From: Felis catus
Lineage: Eukaryota
Assembly: GCF_018350175.1 (NCBI RefSeq)
Contig: NC_058380.1
Span: 81,778,001-81,842,000, forward strand
Reading direction: 5' to 3'
Length of the DNA: 64,000 nt
The notes beneath the pieces are model-generated. The model searched no databases, was not told the origin of the DNA, and worked only from the letters and a program-made list of their open reading frames with translations. Positions 59,846-64,000 of the stretch are shown one piece after another. Every line of letters starts with the position of its first letter. The first letter of the stretch is position 1. Position numbers and translations under genes: made by a program.

Positions 59846-60240
59846 TTTTACTTTTAAGTAAAATCTTCAGAAAGAAAAAATGAGCATAGATAGAAGTACA
59901 CTTGACATGTAATATAATAATATTGCTTTCAGGTGTACAACATAGAGATCTGACAATTATATACATCACAATATGCTCCCCACAATAAGTGTATATTTGG
60001 GTGTTAGGAAACTCAGCTAGAAATAATCTTAGGAGTAAAAGACATCATAATGGCTATTAGAAAAAATTTTTATATGAATGNNNNNNNNNNNNNNNNNNNN
60101 NNNNNNNNNNNNNNNNNNNNNNNNNNNNNNNNNNNNNNNNNNNNNNNNNNNNNNNNNNNNNNNNNNNNNNNNNNNNNNNNNNNNNNNNNNNNNNNNNNNN
60201 NNNNNNNNNNNNNNNNNNNNNNNNNNNNNNNNNNNNNNNN

Positions 60241-60600
60241 AAGTCTTGTCATTTGCAATGACATGGATGGAGCTAGACTGCATTATGCTAAGCGAAATAG
60301 TAAATCAGTGAAAGACAAATATATGATTTCACACACATGTGGAATTTAAGAAACAAGACAGATGAACATATGGGGCAGGGGGAAGTGAAGAGAGGGGAAA
60401 AGACCATAGAAGATTCTGAACGACAGAGAACAAACTGAGGATTGAAGGAGGGAGGTGGTTGGGAGATGGGCTAGATGGGTGATGGGTATTGAGGGCACTT
60501 GTGATGAGCACTGGATGTTGTATGTAAGTGATGAATCACTGAATTCTACTCCTGAAACCAATATTGCATTGTATGTTAACTAACTGAAATTAAAAAAAAC
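60241..60600 (+). mobile_element. Carnivore L1 3' end
   Basis: FAMTWMELDCIMLSEI followed by 3' UTR and A tail. Confidence 0.85.
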
Positions 60601-60679
60601 AATTTTGAAACATTATTTACAGGAAATTCTTCACAGGAAACTTACAGTTCTTACAGTTACATGCAAATATTAGAAAAGA

Positions 60680-62349
60680 AAAGTCTGCAAAATAAGCTTA
60701 GAATCCATCTTAAAAAGAACAATAAAATCAGTCCAAGGAAGAAAACAGATGACAGAAAAATACAACAAAATAGAAAAAAAACATACGATAGAGAAGACCA
60801 ACAAAGCTAAAAGATTATTTTTTGAAAAGATCATTTATACTCCTCTGATGAAAATGGTCAGATGGGGAAAACACCAATCATCAGTAACAAGAATGAAGAA
60901 AGTGACATTACTCTGATATTAAATAAAGAGAATATTATGAACAATGTTAAAGTTTATTTATTCTGGGGGGGGGGGCGGAATCCCAAATAGGCTCCATGCT
61001 GTCAGCGCAGAGCCTGACATGGGGCTCAATCCAACGAAGCACAAGATGATGACCTGGGCCAAAATCAAGAGCCAGACAGTTAACCGACTGAGCCACCCAG
61101 GTGCCCCACAATGATATATAAATTTTAAATTTTAGATTAAACACAAGTTTCTAGAAAAATATAACTCATCAAAACTAATTTAGTAAGAAATAGAAAACTG
61201 AAATAGACATATCACCATTGAAGAAGCTGAATGTGTAGGCTTTCCTCAAAGAAAGTTTCAGGCCCAAATGTCTGTAAGAGTGAGTGTCTATACACAATCC
61301 AACCAGGAAAATATTTCAAGCTTCCAAACCCTTTCAAAAAAATTAGAGAGGCACCGGGCTGGCTCATGTTGGGTGTGGAGCTTAATTAAAATTTAAAAAG
61401 ATATGTTATATTAAAATTTAAAAAAAAGAAAATGAGGAATATTCACTCAATTCCCTTTATGAGATTAGCACAACATTCATACCAAAAAGTGACAGGAACA
61501 TTGCAAAAAAAATTACCATTACAAGTTGATCTCCATGAAGATAAATGCATCACAAATTTTATAAAATAAACATACCAATTCAAACTAAAATATTAGCAAT
61601 ATGATCACAACAATGCAGAGACAATAAGATATATCATTACCAAGTTGAGTTTTCCTAGGAAGGTATGGTTGATTTAACACTCAAAAGTCAATCAAAGTAA
61701 GTCACCATATTTACAAAGCAAAGGACAAAAATCATTAGATGCAAGAACATCTCAAAAGATGGAAGAAAAAAGAAAAAACATGTCATACAATTCAACATCC
61801 ACTCACTGAAAAGTCCTCCTAGCAAAATGTGGATAGAAGAAAACTTTCTTAATCTCAAAAAAAATTGCCTTTTTGCAAACACACAGCACATAAAATATAT
61901 AAAGCTTATACATTTAAATCTCTGCTGTCTAAATGGGGAACAAGACAGAATACCAGCTCTCACCACAGCTAGCCCACACTTCACCTGAGGTCCCACCCAC
62001 TGCAGGAGAGGAAAAAAAATAAGATTTAAACTCTGTAAAGGAGGAAACAAGGCTGCATTTTGTTTACAGATGATATTTCCATATAATTGCAATTCAGAAG
62101 AGTCTATGGAGCAACGATTTGTTTAATAATTAGCTATACTGATGTAAAAACAAATAAATATAGACACCTGCACACACATACACACACACTTCATAACATA
62201 CACAAAAATCAATTCCAAGTGTACTAAACAACTGATTGGGAAGAGCATTATTATAAAGTTTTTAAAAGAGAATGGTGGAAAATGTCTGCCTCAACTCAGG
62301 AAAGAAAGGGCTTCTTCAACTGGACACAAAACGCTAAGGAAAAAAAATT

Positions 62350-62394
<45 letters not shown>

Positions 62395-63400
62395 CTTGAA
62401 TTCAATCAGTTAAAGTAAAAATATTTATTTAGCAAACAGCACTATAATGAGTGAAAAGACAAACCACCAAGATATAAGAAATATTTATAATGCATAAATC
62501 AACAAAAGGCTAGTATCTAGATTAAATAAATAGCTCTAAATAGTTCTACAAATACATTAGAATATAACAAATAACTAAACGGAAAAATGAACAAAACTTT
62601 AAACAAGCAGTTTCAAAATAAGGAAATGAAAATACTAATAAGTATTTACAGGGTCCTCCATCTCATGATTAATCACTGAAACATGAAATCAAAGCATCAG
62701 GAGATGTCCCCCAAAGCACACCCAACATGATGACCACAACGGAAAAGGCTAAAACCACCAAGAGTTATCAAGGATGTGGTGCAGCCAGCACTCGCACACA
62801 CTGCTGGTACAAGTGCAACTTGACACAATTTCTTTGGAAGTCAACTTGATGTGTGCACTAAATGGGGGGATATGGACATCTCAGATCCCAGCAGTGCCAC
62901 TCCTAGGCATGTCCACGACAGAAAGGAATGCGTGTGCACACCAAGAAACATGTACAAGAATGATCATCCTAATATCAGTCCTAACAGCCACAAAGCCAAC
63001 TATTCCTTCAACCTTACAGTGTGTGAGTAACACACACGGTTACAGTGGAGCAACTCACCTCGATGGTAATGAACAGACTGCCACTACATACACCTATCTA
63101 GATGAATCTCACACAAGTAAAATTTCGAAGAAAAGAAGCCAGAAACCAGAATACATAATGAGTGAGTGTGTTTACTGAAGTTCAGAAACAGGCAAAGATA
63201 AAATAAACTGTTAAAGAGGATAGGGATTATTTTTCTCTGAGAAGGAGAGAAAAGTAATGATTTAGCAAGATACACAAAACGAGCTTCAGATGTGCTGGCA
63301 ATGTTTTACTTCTAAATCTGGGAAGTGATACATAGGTGACTGCTTTCTAATAATTTCCCGGGTGCAAGGTTTCTGTTTTCTGCAGTTTTCTGTATGTGTT
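60680..63400 (+). mobile_element. Ancient L1M ORF2/3' remnants, with SINE at 60947-61107 (-) and (CA)n at about 62352-62390
   Basis: A-rich degenerate ORF2 (caggcccaaatg, ttttatgagattagcacaacattcataccaaaa, cccagcagtgccactcctaggcat). Confidence 0.7.
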
Positions 63401-63434
63401 ACTCTACGCTGATAACTTTTTTAAGTCTATCCAT

Positions 63435-63490
63435 CTTTATATTATTATTTTTTATTATTTACTTTTTTAGAGGGAGAGTGACTGGAGAAG

Positions 63491-63540
<50 letters not shown>

Positions 63541-63660
63541 CCTAAGCAGGCTCCACACAGCACAAAGCCTGACATGGAGCCTGATCAAATGACCCTGGGA
63601 CCATGACCCGAGCTGAAATAAAGAGTTGGAGCCTCAACCAACACACCCACTCAGGCACCC
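63435..63660 (-). mobile_element. Can-SINE with long (GA)n
   Basis: gagaatcctaagcaggctccac...caggcaccc. Confidence 0.85.
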
Positions 63661-64000
63661 GATTAATTATTTTAAATACAACAATTACTACTACATAGGC
63701 ACCAGAATATCTATCTACATTTCTATCATAAAAAATCTCTCAGGAGAGAAGGATTTTCTGTATGTTCTCAGTGAACTCATTGAGCAACAAAACATGATCC
63801 GAATTTACACAAGAGTATTTACATTCTCAACTAGTTGTACTCAGCGGGAATATGCATTCATTCTGTCGTGGAAGTGCCATGTGTTTGATTATGGAATGCT
63901 ACCCCAGAATCCGCTGAGAGAATCACAGACAACATACACACACAGTAATTCCCAAGCCAGAAGTTCTGAAACTGAAACGTCAGCAGGCAGCAAGGGTGTA

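Noticed and set aside
251-60240. Many N runs of about 110-345 nt and the X-filled ORFs spanning them
   Set aside because: Assembly gaps concentrated in young repeats; artefactual, but a caveat for the paralog-identity and orientation findings.
1-64000. CRISPR arrays, operons or other prokaryote-type systems
   Set aside because: Mammalian DNA; no regularly spaced repeat-spacer array or bacterial-type genes seen.

Overview
This is mammalian genomic DNA from a carnivore, most likely a felid, judged by feline-type Can-SINEs and L1_Fc-like 3' UTRs. It contains a co-oriented cluster of five intact, single-coding-exon class II olfactory receptor genes of family OR1: an OR1L4/OR1L6-like pair (2311-3243, 17087-18019), a second close pair (30718-31647, 50081-51010) and a more divergent fifth gene (56439-57380). 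The rest is a TIMM9 processed pseudogene and dense, often nested L1, Can-SINE, MIR/L2, ERV/MaLR and hAT fossils, with many short N gaps inside young repeats. I see no novel protein-coding system; the other ORFs in the track are repeat-derived or antisense shadows of the OR genes. Four signals stand out. (1) Both OR pairs look homogenised by gene conversion yet differ at the same predicted odorant-pocket positions in TM3 and TM6. (2) A conserved homeodomain+O/E (Lhx2/Ebf-like) promoter and 5' exon module lies 5-7 kb upstream of both genes of the second pair. (3) TIMM9 mRNA and an L1 3' end appear fused in one retrocopy. (4) Several retrotransposition junctions are atypical: a triplicated target site, SINE/L1 3' tags and twin priming. 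All mismatch counts were made by hand and repeat subfamily names come from recognition, not database search. Repeat boundaries are approximate unless a TSD is given.
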